Assembly (NCBI GenBank): GCA_007118565.1
Contig: SKRI01000097.1
Span: forward strand, 10,412 to 74,411
DNA length: 64,000 nucleotides
Reading direction: 5' to 3'
DNA from: Gemmatimonadota bacterium
Lineage (GTDB): Bacteria; Gemmatimonadota; Gemmatimonadetes; Longimicrobiales; Longimicrobiaceae
A program made the position numbers and the translations under genes. The first letter of the stretch is position 1; the number at the start of each line of letters is the position of its first letter. Of the stretch, positions 1 to 8,609 are shown in pieces. The notes under the pieces are model-generated. The model saw only the letters and a program-made list of their open reading frames with translations. It ran no database searches and had not been told where the DNA came from.

Positions 1-542
1 CGACTCTCCGGCACCCCCTCGTGCAGGAAGAGGGCACCGAGCAGACCCCGATCCGAGACGCGGGCCACGAAGTCCTGGTCGGTGAGGTCAAAGGCGCGCA
101 GCACGTCGATGGCCGCGGCGAGAAGCTCGGCATCGGCAGCCACTCCTGCCTCGCCGATGATGTCGAGATTGAGCTGGAAGTGCTCGCGCAAACGCCCGCG
201 CTGCTGCCGCTCGTACCGAAAGAGCTGGGGAAGGCTGAACCACCGGATCGGCTTCCGCATTCCCCCCGCGTGCGCGCCCACCATGCGCGCCAGGGTGGGG
301 GTCATCTCCGGTCGAAGCGCCACCTCGCGATTGCCCTTGTCCGTGAAGGCGTACAGCTGCTTCACGATCTCGGGGCCCGACTTGTCGGTATACAGCTCCA
401 GCGGCTCGAGCGGAGGGCCGTCGTACTCCTGGAATCCATACCGCCCCGCGACCTCGCGCCAGCGATCGAAGATGAAGCGCCGGACGGCCAGGTCCTCGGG
501 GTAGAAATCGCGGAATCCCGGGAGGGTCTGATAGCTGGACAT
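1..542 (-). CDS. hisS: histidine--tRNA ligase, N-terminal part (gene continues beyond window start)
   Basis: Own translation of the minus strand from the ATG at 542 gives MSSYQTLPGFRDFYPEDLAVRRFIFDRWREVAGRYGFQEYDGPPLEPLELY...VALRPEMTPTLARM, a typical class-II HisRS N-terminus. It is absent from the ORF track because there is no stop inside the window. Confidence 0.85.
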   Translation of the reverse strand, partial: MSSYQTLPGFRDFYPEDLAVRRFIFDRWREVAGRYGFQEYDGPPLEPLELYTDKSGPEIVKQLYAFTDKGNREVALRPEMTPTLARMVGAHAGGMRKPIRWFSLPQLFRYERQQRGRLREHFQLNLDIIGEAGVAADAELLAAAIDVLRAFDLTDQDFVARVSDRGLLGALFLHEGVPES

Positions 543-608
543 GGCGCGGAATGTAGGGGGTGCGCCGGAGCGGCGAAACCCTGGATCAGGGAAGGGAGAT
601 GGAGCCCT

Positions 609-1883
609 TCAGGCCGGAGCGCCGAGGTGACGGAGCGCGTCCCCAACCGTGTGGGCCGATCCCGTCACCACCACCGTCCCGTGCGGCGCGAGCGTCGATG
701 CCCGGGAGAGAGCCGCGTCGAGGGAGGTCATCGCGCGTGCGCGGGCGCCGAGCGCGGTGAGCCGCTCCGCCACCGCGCCAGGATCCCAGGCCCGCTCCGG
801 GGGCATGGAGGACGGCACGGCCAGAAGCACTGCCTCCGCGTGGGGAAGGAGCGGAGCCGCCATCTCCTCCCAGCGCTTGTCCGCGGCGATCCCCAGAACG
901 AGCACCAGCGGACGGAGCGGCTCCTCCCTCTCGAGATACTCCCCGAGCGCAGCGGCTCCGGCCGGGTTATGGGCAACGTCGAGAATCCAGGTCGTGGAGC
1001 CCCTCACGATCCGCTGGCACCGGCCCGGCCACCGGACCTCGGCGAATCCTCGCTCGATGTCGCTCCACCGGGGGCGCAGCTCCGCCGGGAGGTGGCCGAG
1101 GAGCTCCACGGCCAGCAGCGTGTTCGCGTGCTGATGGCGGCCGGGAAGGCCGGAGCGGATCGTGCGGCATCCCCAGCTGACGGAGTCGATGTCCAGATCG
1201 TCCCCGTCCACGCTCCGCACCCGGCAGAGCTCCCCGAGTCGGCGGAAGGGAGCGCCCATAGCGTCGGCGGTCCGGGCGAGCACCTCGTCCACCGCGGCAT
1301 CTCCGGCCGCGGAGAGTGCCGGCACCCCCGGCTTGAAGACCCCCGCCTTCTCCGCCGCGATGGAGGCGACGTCCGCGCCGAGCAGCTCGGTATGCTCCAG
1401 AGAGACGTTGGTGACCGCGCTGGCGAGCGGGGTGATGACGTTGGTGGCGTCGAGCCGGCCACCCAGCCCCACCTCCACCACGACGACCTCGACGCCGGCC
1501 TCGGCGAAACAGAGGAACCCGACCGCAGTCATCGATTCGAAGCCGGTGAGGCCGTGCTTCTCCGAGAGGGGGCGGACCCGCTCCGCCGCGCGCGAGACGA
1601 GGTCCTCCGCCACCGACGCCCCGTCGATGCGGATCCGCTCGCGAAAATCGACCAGGTGGGGGGAGGTGTAGAGGCCGACGGAGGTGGAGCCGCCGACCTG
1701 CAGGGCGGACGCGCAGAGTGCCGCCACGGAGCCCTTGCCATTGGTCCCGGCGATGTGGAGGGAGCGGAAGCGCCGGTGCGGATTGCCGAGCTCGGAGAGA
1801 ACCGCGCGGATTCGCTCCAGCCCCCAGCGGACACCGACCGGGCCCCGGTCGAGGAGCCAAGCCGGTGCCGGAAGCGCGCTCAC
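609..1883 (-). CDS. folC: bifunctional folylpolyglutamate synthase / dihydrofolate synthase
   Basis: 424-aa ORF with the Mur-ligase-family P-loop HIAGTNGKGS and FolC-like layout. The GTG start overlaps the accD stop (GTGA). It follows accD, a conserved gene pairing. Confidence 0.9.
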   Translation of the reverse strand: MSALPAPAWLLDRGPVGVRWGLERIRAVLSELGNPHRRFRSLHIAGTNGKGSVAALCASALQVGGSTSVGLYTSPHLVDFRERIRIDGASVAEDLVSRAAERVRPLSEKHGLTGFESMTAVGFLCFAEAGVEVVVVEVGLGGRLDATNVITPLASAVTNVSLEHTELLGADVASIAAEKAGVFKPGVPALSAAGDAAVDEVLARTADAMGAPFRRLGELCRVRSVDGDDLDIDSVSWGCRTIRSGLPGRHQHANTLLAVELLGHLPAELRPRWSDIERGFAEVRWPGRCQRIVRGSTTWILDVAHNPAGAAALGEYLEREEPLRPLVLVLGIAADKRWEEMAAPLLPHAEAVLLAVPSSMPPERAWDPGAVAERLTALGARARAMTSLDAALSRASTLAPHGTVVVTGSAHTVGDALRHLGAPA

Positions 1884-2761
1884 CCTTCCGGTGACCCGGT
1901 CTCGCTCGTCTCGGGTGCAGGCAGGGAGAGCATGTGGCGGAGGAGAATGGCGATCGAGGCCTTCATCTCCCGCCGGTCCACGATTCGGTCGAGCATCCCG
2001 TGCTCCAGGAGGAACTCGGCACGCTGGAAGCCCTCGGGAAGCTCCTGCTTGATGGTCTGCTCGATCACCCGCGGGCCCGCGAAACCGATCAGCGCGCCCG
2101 GCTCGGAGATGTTGACGTCCCCGAGCATGGCGTACGAGGCCGTCACCCCGCCGGTCGTCGGGTCGGTGAGGAGGGAGATGAACGGCAGCCCGGCCCGGTC
2201 GAGCTCGGCGAGCACGGCGGAGGTCTTGGCCATCTGCATGAGGGAGAAGATTCCCTCCATCATCCGAGCGCCGCCCGAGGCGGAGACGATGATGAACGGC
2301 GTTCCCTCCTCCAGCGCGTGGCGTCCCGCACGGGCGATCTTCTCCCCCACCACCGACCCCATCGATCCGCCGATGAAGGAGAAGTCCATGACCGCCAGCG
2401 AAACGGGAATCCTCTCCATGCGGCCGTGCCCGCTGATCAGCGCGTCCCGGCGGCCGGTTTTCCGCTCGGCCTGTGCGAGCCGCTCCGGATACTTCTTGAG
2501 ATCCTCGAAGGAGAGCGGGTCACCCGAGCGCATCTCCGCGTCCATCTCCGTGAAGCTCCCCTCGTCCAGCAGGAGTCGCACGTAGTCGAGCGCGGGAAGC
2601 CGCAGGTGATGCGCGCACTCCGGGCACACGTTCCAGTTCTCCCGGAACTTCTCCCGGTACACGATCTCGTTGCACGACGGGCACTTCTCCCAGACGTCAC
2701 CGGGAAGGTCGCGACGGTCTTGTGCCTTGAGAGGCGTCTTGGTCTTGCGAAACCAGGCCAT
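1880..2761 (-). CDS. accD: acetyl-CoA carboxylase carboxyltransferase beta subunit
   Basis: N-terminal zinc ribbon CPSCNEIVY...CPECAHH followed by the carboxyltransferase domain (GGSMGSVVGEK, SASGGARMMEG). Confidence 0.95.
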   Translation of the reverse strand: MAWFRKTKTPLKAQDRRDLPGDVWEKCPSCNEIVYREKFRENWNVCPECAHHLRLPALDYVRLLLDEGSFTEMDAEMRSGDPLSFEDLKKYPERLAQAERKTGRRDALISGHGRMERIPVSLAVMDFSFIGGSMGSVVGEKIARAGRHALEEGTPFIIVSASGGARMMEGIFSLMQMAKTSAVLAELDRAGLPFISLLTDPTTGGVTASYAMLGDVNISEPGALIGFAGPRVIEQTIKQELPEGFQRAEFLLEHGMLDRIVDRREMKASIAILLRHMLSLPAPETSETGSPEG

Positions 2762-2784
2762 GGATCAGGAGGGAGATAGCATAG

Positions 2785-4029
2785 CTATGTGCCGCCGCGA
2801 CTTTCCGCCGCAACTCGCAGAACGATGGCCATCGCCACCAGGTTCACGAGCAGGAAGGAGCCGCCGTAGCTCACGAACGGGAGCGGGATGCCGGTGATCG
2901 GCATGACACCAACCGTCATCCCGGTGTTGACGAGGACGTGGACGAACCAGCTCGCGAACAGGCCGAAGGGGATCATGCTCGCGAACGGATCCGGCGAGCG
3001 CTGGGCGATGCGGATCAGCCGCCAGAACACCCATCCGAAGGCGAGCAGGACGAGGGCAACGCCGACGAAGCCGAGCTCCTCCCCGACCACGGAGAAGATG
3101 AAGTCTGTATGCTGCTCGGGCAGGAAGGCGAGCCGCTTCTGCGTCCCCTCGGTGAACCCCTTGCCGAAGACCCCTCCGCTGCCGATGGCGACGCGCGACT
3201 GGATCAGGTTGTAACCGGCCCCGCGCGGATCGATGGCCGGATCGAGGAAGACCAGAATCCGGTTCTTCTGATAGTCCGCGAGGCTTTCCCAGAGCGGTAT
3301 GGCGATGGTGCCCGCGATCACGTTCGCCACCAGGATCGAGACCGACTCGGAGATCTTCGGTCTGATGATGACGACGCAGAGGACGAGGAAGAGGAACCAG
3401 ACCGCCCATAGGGGCGCGCTGAAGGCGAAGAAGAGTCCGATCGCCGGGCTCACCAGGAGGAAGAGGGTGGGCAGCGGCGTTCCCACCCAGTAAAGTCCTG
3501 CGATCAGAATCACCGCGAAGACGAGGGTGGTCCCGATGTCCGGCTGCATCATGACGAAAGCCATGGCCGGGAGCACCACCGCGATCGGCTTCCAGAGGCC
3601 CCAGATGTTCTTCGGCGGCTCTCGCCAGTCCCCGAGGATCTTGGCCAGCATGATGATGACGGCGAGCTTGGCGACCTCCGCCGTCTGGATCCGCACCGGC
3701 CCGAACCCGAGCCAGCGCGGAACGCCCTCCGCCGTCCCGGCGCCGGTGCCGATGAAGGGCGTCAGCGCCAGCATGAGCAGGGCGATGAAGTAGATCGGCT
3801 TCGCCCCCATCTCCAGCCAGGCCATCGGGATCCGCATCACGATGGGGATGATCAGGAGCGACACGCCGAACCAGAGGAGCTGCATCCGCCACGCCCCGCG
3901 CACGAAGGGCGCGTGGACGTCGAGCACCCCGGCGCTGAAGACCATCCCGATCCCGAAGATCGAGAGGGCGATGACCAGCGCGAAGAGGATCGGATCCCCG
4001 ATCGACGGTGTCCGCGTCCGTCTCACCAT
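2785..4029 (-). CDS. rodA: SEDS-family peptidoglycan glycosyltransferase (RodA/FtsW family); rodA by context
   Basis: 414-aa polytopic membrane protein with FtsW/RodA/SpoVE-type motifs (QPDIGT, VGEELGF, PLPFVSYGGS). It lies 16 bp downstream of mreD. Confidence 0.85.
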   Translation of the reverse strand: MVRRTRTPSIGDPILFALVIALSIFGIGMVFSAGVLDVHAPFVRGAWRMQLLWFGVSLLIIPIVMRIPMAWLEMGAKPIYFIALLMLALTPFIGTGAGTAEGVPRWLGFGPVRIQTAEVAKLAVIIMLAKILGDWREPPKNIWGLWKPIAVVLPAMAFVMMQPDIGTTLVFAVILIAGLYWVGTPLPTLFLLVSPAIGLFFAFSAPLWAVWFLFLVLCVVIIRPKISESVSILVANVIAGTIAIPLWESLADYQKNRILVFLDPAIDPRGAGYNLIQSRVAIGSGGVFGKGFTEGTQKRLAFLPEQHTDFIFSVVGEELGFVGVALVLLAFGWVFWRLIRIAQRSPDPFASMIPFGLFASWFVHVLVNTGMTVGVMPITGIPLPFVSYGGSFLLVNLVAMAIVLRVAAESRGGT

Positions 4030-4044
4030 GTGAACCTCACCGGA

Positions 4045-4518
4045 TCAGGAGAGCTTCCGGTAGACGAACAGCGCCAGCAGGCCGGCGATCGCGGCATAGA
4101 TCGACGCCAGCGGCGAGATGACCAGCAGGTCCGCGGCCATACCGGGCCGAGCGCCGGCGAAGAGGAAGAGGATTCCGTCGTAGACCCACTTTCCGAGGAA
4201 GAAGTAGAGGGCCAGGAAGACGACGTTGTCGTCCGAGAACCATTTCCGCGTACGCCCCCCCACGTAGCCGAGGATCACCAGCGCAACCGCGCTGACGCCC
4301 ATGGTCATGGGGAGCATGGCCCCTTCCAGAAAGCCGAGGAAGAGACCGATGCCGGCCGCCGTGCCCGGCTTCACGAAACGGGCGGTCACGAGCAGCGAAA
4401 GGAGCAGGAGATCGGGAGCGAGCTCGCCGAGACCGTAGCCGATGCGCAGCACGAAGTGGAGGGCCACAAGCACCGCGACGAGCACTACGAGTCCCCACTG
4501 CAGGTCCCGGAACATCAT
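4045..4518 (-). CDS. mreD: rod shape-determining protein MreD (by position)
   Basis: 157-aa hydrophobic multi-TM protein. Its ATG overlaps the mreC stop, and it sits between mreC and rodA. Confidence 0.6.
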   Translation of the reverse strand: MMFRDLQWGLVVLVAVLVALHFVLRIGYGLGELAPDLLLLSLLVTARFVKPGTAAGIGLFLGFLEGAMLPMTMGVSAVALVILGYVGGRTRKWFSDDNVVFLALYFFLGKWVYDGILFLFAGARPGMAADLLVISPLASIYAAIAGLLALFVYRKLS

Positions 4519-5507
4519 CTCCCTCCGTCGTCAGGCGGCGGCTGAACCGGCTCCCCCAGAACCCGGGGACCCGCGGGTTGCGGAGCGGCCGGAGGAGGCG
4601 CGTCCGGCTCGGGCGGCGTCAGGGCCGGATCCGTCTGAACCGGCCCCACGCCGGGTGCGGTCGCCTCGGGAGCCCGGGTGGGATCGGTCGGGTCCGCGGG
4701 TCGCCCCGGAAGCTCCGGTCGGACACCCCACGCCCCGGCCAGGTCCTGGCCGAATGCTTCCTCCGAGGGCTCGCCGAGGACGAGGACCTGGTTCATCTCC
4801 GCCAGGGTGACGGCCGGCTCCACCAGATAGCTGCGGCGCCATGTCCCCTCGTCGCGGTACGGACCGAGGATCCGGCCGATCGGGATGCCGCGGGGGTAGA
4901 CCGCCCGGCCGGAGGTGACGATGAGGGTCCCCTCGGACAGATCCGAATGGAAGGGGGTTCCGGTCATCAGGAGGAGGCGCTCCCCTCCCCTCCCCATGTA
5001 CGGCTGGATCATCCCGTACGTATCGCCGTCCATGGTCATGCCGCTGGCCCTGAAGTCCGGGTGGGTCCAGTCCATCCCCACCGATCCCCGTGCTCCCACA
5101 TTACGGATCATCCCCACCAGCCCGCCACCGGACACGATCGGGGATCCCGGCACCACGCCGTCGTCCCTTCCCGCCGTGAGGAGGAATCCACCGTCGAACC
5201 CGCGTCCGTGAACGTGGAGGACCTCCACCGGGACGAACTGGTAGGGGAGGCGCTCGCCGATCCCGATCAGATCGCGGAGCTGGCGGTTCTCGGCCTGGAG
5301 AGCGGCACTCCCCACGAGGACGGCCGCGAGGCTGTCACGCTCGGCTCGGAGCCGCTCGGCGTCCCCGAAGCGGACCTCCCGCTCGATCGCGCCGCGCTGG
5401 ATGGCGAAGACCGGGCGCAGAACGGTCTCCCGGGCCAGGTTGGCCGCCGAGTCGCCGATCTCCTCCGGCAGCACCACGAGGATGAACGCGATGACCAGGA
5501 AGATCAC
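4515..5507 (-). CDS. mreC: rod shape-determining protein MreC, with Pro-rich C-terminal tail
   Basis: N-terminal TM segment, a coiled-coil region (AALQAENRQLRDL) and beta-barrel motifs (GSPIVSGGGLVGMI, GIPIGRI), immediately after mreB. The last ~70 aa are P/A/T-rich. Confidence 0.8.
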   Translation of the reverse strand: MIFLVIAFILVVLPEEIGDSAANLARETVLRPVFAIQRGAIEREVRFGDAERLRAERDSLAAVLVGSAALQAENRQLRDLIGIGERLPYQFVPVEVLHVHGRGFDGGFLLTAGRDDGVVPGSPIVSGGGLVGMIRNVGARGSVGMDWTHPDFRASGMTMDGDTYGMIQPYMGRGGERLLLMTGTPFHSDLSEGTLIVTSGRAVYPRGIPIGRILGPYRDEGTWRRSYLVEPAVTLAEMNQVLVLGEPSEEAFGQDLAGAWGVRPELPGRPADPTDPTRAPEATAPGVGPVQTDPALTPPEPDAPPPAAPQPAGPRVLGEPVQPPPDDGGR

Positions 5508-5569
5508 CGCCTTCCAGAGCTCCCGCCGCGTATCGCCGGTGCCCTCGCGTCCGAAAGTTCGATATTGCG

Positions 5570-6595
5570 TCAGGTTGTCAGCACTCCTCTATACTTTTCG
5601 ACGTCATCGAGAATGCGGCCGGCGCCACGCACGACGCACGTCAATGGTTCCTCGTCCACATGGATGGGGAGGTTCGTCTCCCGGGCGATCAGCTGATCGA
5701 GCCCGCGGATGAGGGCACCTCCCCCCGTCATTACGATACCCCGATCGACGATATCCGATGCAAGTTCGGGAGGCGTGATCTCGAGCGCCCTGCGGACCGA
5801 CTCCACGATGGCCTGGATCGGCTCCTGGATGGACTCCCGGATTTCCTGGGAGTGGACACGCACCGTCTTCGGGATTCCGGAAACGAGGTCCCTTCCCTTC
5901 ACATCCATCTCGCGCTCGTCGTCCGCGCTGAACGCGGACCCTATCTGGATCTTCACCGCCTCCGCCGTCGGCTCGCCGATCATCAGGTTGTAGTTCTTCC
6001 TGAGGAAGGTGACGATGGCGGAGTCGATCTTGTCGCCCCCGACACGGATGGACGTATCGGATACGATGCCGGAGAGGGCGATCACGGCGATCTCGGTCGT
6101 GCCGCCGCCGATGTCGATGACCATGTTGCCGGTGGGCGTCTCCACTGGGAGACCGACACCGATGGCTGCGGCCATCGGCTCCGCCACCATGAAGACCTCC
6201 TTGGATCCCGCGGCATGAGCACTCGAGCGGACAGCCCGACGCTCCAGCTCGGTAATCCCGGAGGGGACGCCGACCACCATGGTGGGCTGGACTTGGAAGA
6301 GGCGCTTCGTGGTGACCGTCTCGAGGAAGTAGCGGAGCATGATCTCCGTGACATCCACGTCGGCGATCACGCCGTCCTTGAGCGGTCTCACTGCCATGAC
6401 TCCCTCTGGCGTGCGGCCGAGCATCCGCTTCGCCTCGAGCCCGATCCCCTTTATCCTTCCGGTCCCCTTCTCGACCGCCACGACGGAGGGCTCGTTCAGA
6501 ACGATCCCCTCCCCCCTGACGTAGACAAGCGTGTTTGCGGTTCCGAGATCGACGGCGATGTCGTTCGAAGGAAACTTGAACCAGCCGAAGGCCAT
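5570..6595 (-). CDS. mreB: rod shape-determining actin homolog MreB
   Basis: DLGTANTLVY, IDIGGGTTEIAV and MTGGGALIRGLD actin-fold motifs across 341 aa. Confidence 0.97.
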   Translation of the reverse strand: MAFGWFKFPSNDIAVDLGTANTLVYVRGEGIVLNEPSVVAVEKGTGRIKGIGLEAKRMLGRTPEGVMAVRPLKDGVIADVDVTEIMLRYFLETVTTKRLFQVQPTMVVGVPSGITELERRAVRSSAHAAGSKEVFMVAEPMAAAIGVGLPVETPTGNMVIDIGGGTTEIAVIALSGIVSDTSIRVGGDKIDSAIVTFLRKNYNLMIGEPTAEAVKIQIGSAFSADDEREMDVKGRDLVSGIPKTVRVHSQEIRESIQEPIQAIVESVRRALEITPPELASDIVDRGIVMTGGGALIRGLDQLIARETNLPIHVDEEPLTCVVRGAGRILDDVEKYRGVLTT

Positions 6596-6681
6596 ATCGT
6601 TCCTAACGTTGCAGGCTAGAACGGACGGACGGGCTCCGGCTCGCGGGAGGCTCCGAAATTGTCCGGGGATGGGAGCGTTCC

Positions 6682-6710
6682 AAGCTATTCCAGGTCACGA
6701 ACGGCCGCAA
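6682..6710 (-). promoter_or_regulatory. candidate sigma70-type promoter for mreB (TTGCGG-N17-TAGCTT)
   Basis: Read on the minus strand ~87 nt upstream of the mreB ATG. The same TAGCTT -10 hexamer with N17 spacing recurs at two other operon heads in this window. Confidence 0.3.
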
Positions 6711-6787
6711 GCGACAAGGGGTTGCTTCCTGAGGTCGAACGCGGCCGGGCCAATGCACGCCGCGTGCCGCGCGCGAGGTCCCGGAGG

Positions 6788-7225
6788 TCACCGTCCGGTG
6801 GAGCCGAACCCTCCGACCCCCCGGTCGCTCTCACCCAGCTCGTCGACCTCCTCGACGTCCGGGGTGAGGAAGGGAGCGAATACGAGCTGGGCGATCCGCA
6901 TGCCGCGATGGATCCGAACCGACTCGGCTCCCGCGTTCCAGAGAATGACCCGAACTTCTCCCCGGTAATCGGGATCGATCGTTCCCGGAGCGTTCGGAAG
7001 CGTCAGACCATGCCGGAGCGCGAGGCCAGAGCGTGGCCGCACCTGGCACTCGACACCGCGCGGGAGCTCGAGCGCGATGCCGGTCGCTACCGCCCGGCGC
7101 TCCCCGGCCCCGAGGTCGAAATCAGCCTCGGCCGAGGCGATGTCATAGCCAGCGGCGTCCGCGGAGGCGCGGGCGGGAAGCGGCAGATCGGAATTGCTCT
7201 CGAGGCGGCGGATGCGGACCTTCAT
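6788..7225 (-). CDS. dut: dUTP diphosphatase
   Basis: [15 protein letters not shown] and IDPDYRGEV dUTPase motifs across 145 aa. Confidence 0.95.
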   Translation of the reverse strand: MKVRIRRLESNSDLPLPARASADAAGYDIASAEADFDLGAGERRAVATGIALELPRGVECQVRPRSGLALRHGLTLPNAPGTIDPDYRGEVRVILWNAGAESVRIHRGMRIAQLVFAPFLTPDVEEVDELGESDRGVGGFGSTGR

Positions 7226-7248
7226 CGGGATGGGCGGGGGAAACGACA

Positions 7249-7278
7249 GCGGAGGGCGGGACCGATCCCGCCCTCCGC
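7249..7278 (-). terminator. 12-bp GC hairpin after ald (GCGGAGGGCGGG-N6-CCCGCCCTCCGC) with weak U-tract
   Basis: Perfect inverted repeat read directly from the sequence. On the minus strand it is followed by TGTCGTTTCC. It lies between the ald stop (7310) and the dut start (7225). Confidence 0.5.
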
Positions 7279-7309
7279 GGGCACTCTACCGGTCGAAGCG
7301 AACAGGAGG

Positions 7310-8428
7310 TCAGTTCTCGAGGAACCTGTCCACCGGCGTGTACTCGAGGCCGAAGGCCTCCGACACCCCACGATAGGTGACCTCGCCGTCCACCACGCTC
7401 ACGCCGAGCGCGAGCGACGCATCCTCCCGGCACGCATCCTTCCAGCCCTTGTTGGCAAGCCGCAGGGCGAAGGGGAAGGTCGCGTTCGTGAGGGCGAGCG
7501 TCGAGGTGCGGGGCACTCCTCCCGGCATATTCGCCACCCCGTAGTGGACGATGCCGTGAACGGTGTAGATCGGGTTCTCGTGGGTCGTGGGCCGGATCGT
7601 CTCCACGCAGCCGCCCTGGTCGACCGCGACGTCCACGACGACCGAGCCGTTCTTCATCTCCTTCAGGTCCTCTCTCAGCACCAGGTTCGGCGCCTTCGCG
7701 CCGGGCAGGAGAACCGCCCCGACCAGCAGATCCGCATGGCGGATCTGCTCCAGGATGTTGAACCTGTTCGAATAGATCAGGTCCACGTTGGCCGGCATCA
7801 CGTCCGACAGATACCGGAGGCGCGGCAGGGAAAGGTCGAGGATGCGAACGTGCGCTCCCATGCCCGCCGCCATCTTTGCCGCGTTCGTTCCGACCACGCC
7901 GCCGCCCAGGATCACCACGTCCGCAGGGGGCACTCCGGGAACTCCGCCCAGCAGCATGCCCCGGCCCCCGTGGAAGGCTTCCAGGTACTTGGCGCCGGCC
8001 TGAATGGCCATGCGGCCCGCGACCTCGCTCATGGGAGTGAGCAGTGGCAGCTCGCCCGACGGCAGCTGCACCGTCTCGTAGGCGATGGCAACGGATCCCG
8101 AGTCGATCACCGCACGGGTGAGCTCCTCGTCGGCCGCGAAGTGGAAGTAGGTGAAGATGACCTGATCCTTCCGCATCCGCGGGTACTCCTCCGCGATCGG
8201 CTCCTTGACCTTGATGATCATGTCCGCCTTCGCCCAGACCTCGTCCGCGCTGGACAGGATACGGGCGCCGGCCCCGGTGAAGTCCTCATCGCTGAAACCG
8301 CTCCCGATGCCCGCGGACTCCTCCACGAACACCTCGTGACCACAGCGCGTGAGCGCCTCCACGCCCGCCGGAACGACGGCGACGCGATTCTCGTTGGTCT
8401 TGATCTCCTTCGGTACGCCGATCAGCAC
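7310..8428 (-). CDS. ald: alanine dehydrogenase
   Basis: VLIGVPKEIKTNENRVA N-terminus and the NAD fold VILGGGVVGTNAAKMA. I prefer the GTG at 8428 over the ORF-track start at 8494, which adds a non-homologous 22-aa extension. Confidence 0.9.
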   Translation of the reverse strand: MLIGVPKEIKTNENRVAVVPAGVEALTRCGHEVFVEESAGIGSGFSDEDFTGAGARILSSADEVWAKADMIIKVKEPIAEEYPRMRKDQVIFTYFHFAADEELTRAVIDSGSVAIAYETVQLPSGELPLLTPMSEVAGRMAIQAGAKYLEAFHGGRGMLLGGVPGVPPADVVILGGGVVGTNAAKMAAGMGAHVRILDLSLPRLRYLSDVMPANVDLIYSNRFNILEQIRHADLLVGAVLLPGAKAPNLVLREDLKEMKNGSVVVDVAVDQGGCVETIRPTTHENPIYTVHGIVHYGVANMPGGVPRTSTLALTNATFPFALRLANKGWKDACREDASLALGVSVVDGEVTYRGVSEAFGLEYTPVDRFLEN

Positions 8429-8609
8429 GGTAATAGCAGGGTCAGGGTTTCGAGGACGTGAGCGACTCACCGCGTGGCAGCCCCTCGAGGGCATGCCGCT
8501 TCAAGAATACCTCGTTGATACTGCCGGGACCACCCGTCGTCCAACGGATGGTCCCGAGTCCAGCATGGTCGCGGCGCCGGCGAAACCGACGCGCGCTCCA
8601 GTCTCCGAG

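Noticed and set aside
21-2585. 854-aa plus-strand ORF, with similar giants at 6659..8461, 9504..11561, 13874..15838, 16628..19048, 57755..58999 and 61914..63980.
   Set aside because: All run antisense or out of frame to genes with unmistakable family motifs. Their translations are Arg/Ala/Gly/Pro/His-rich and show no recognisable domain. Some span intergenic regions and several unrelated genes. These are stop-codon-poor shadows, as expected in high-GC DNA.
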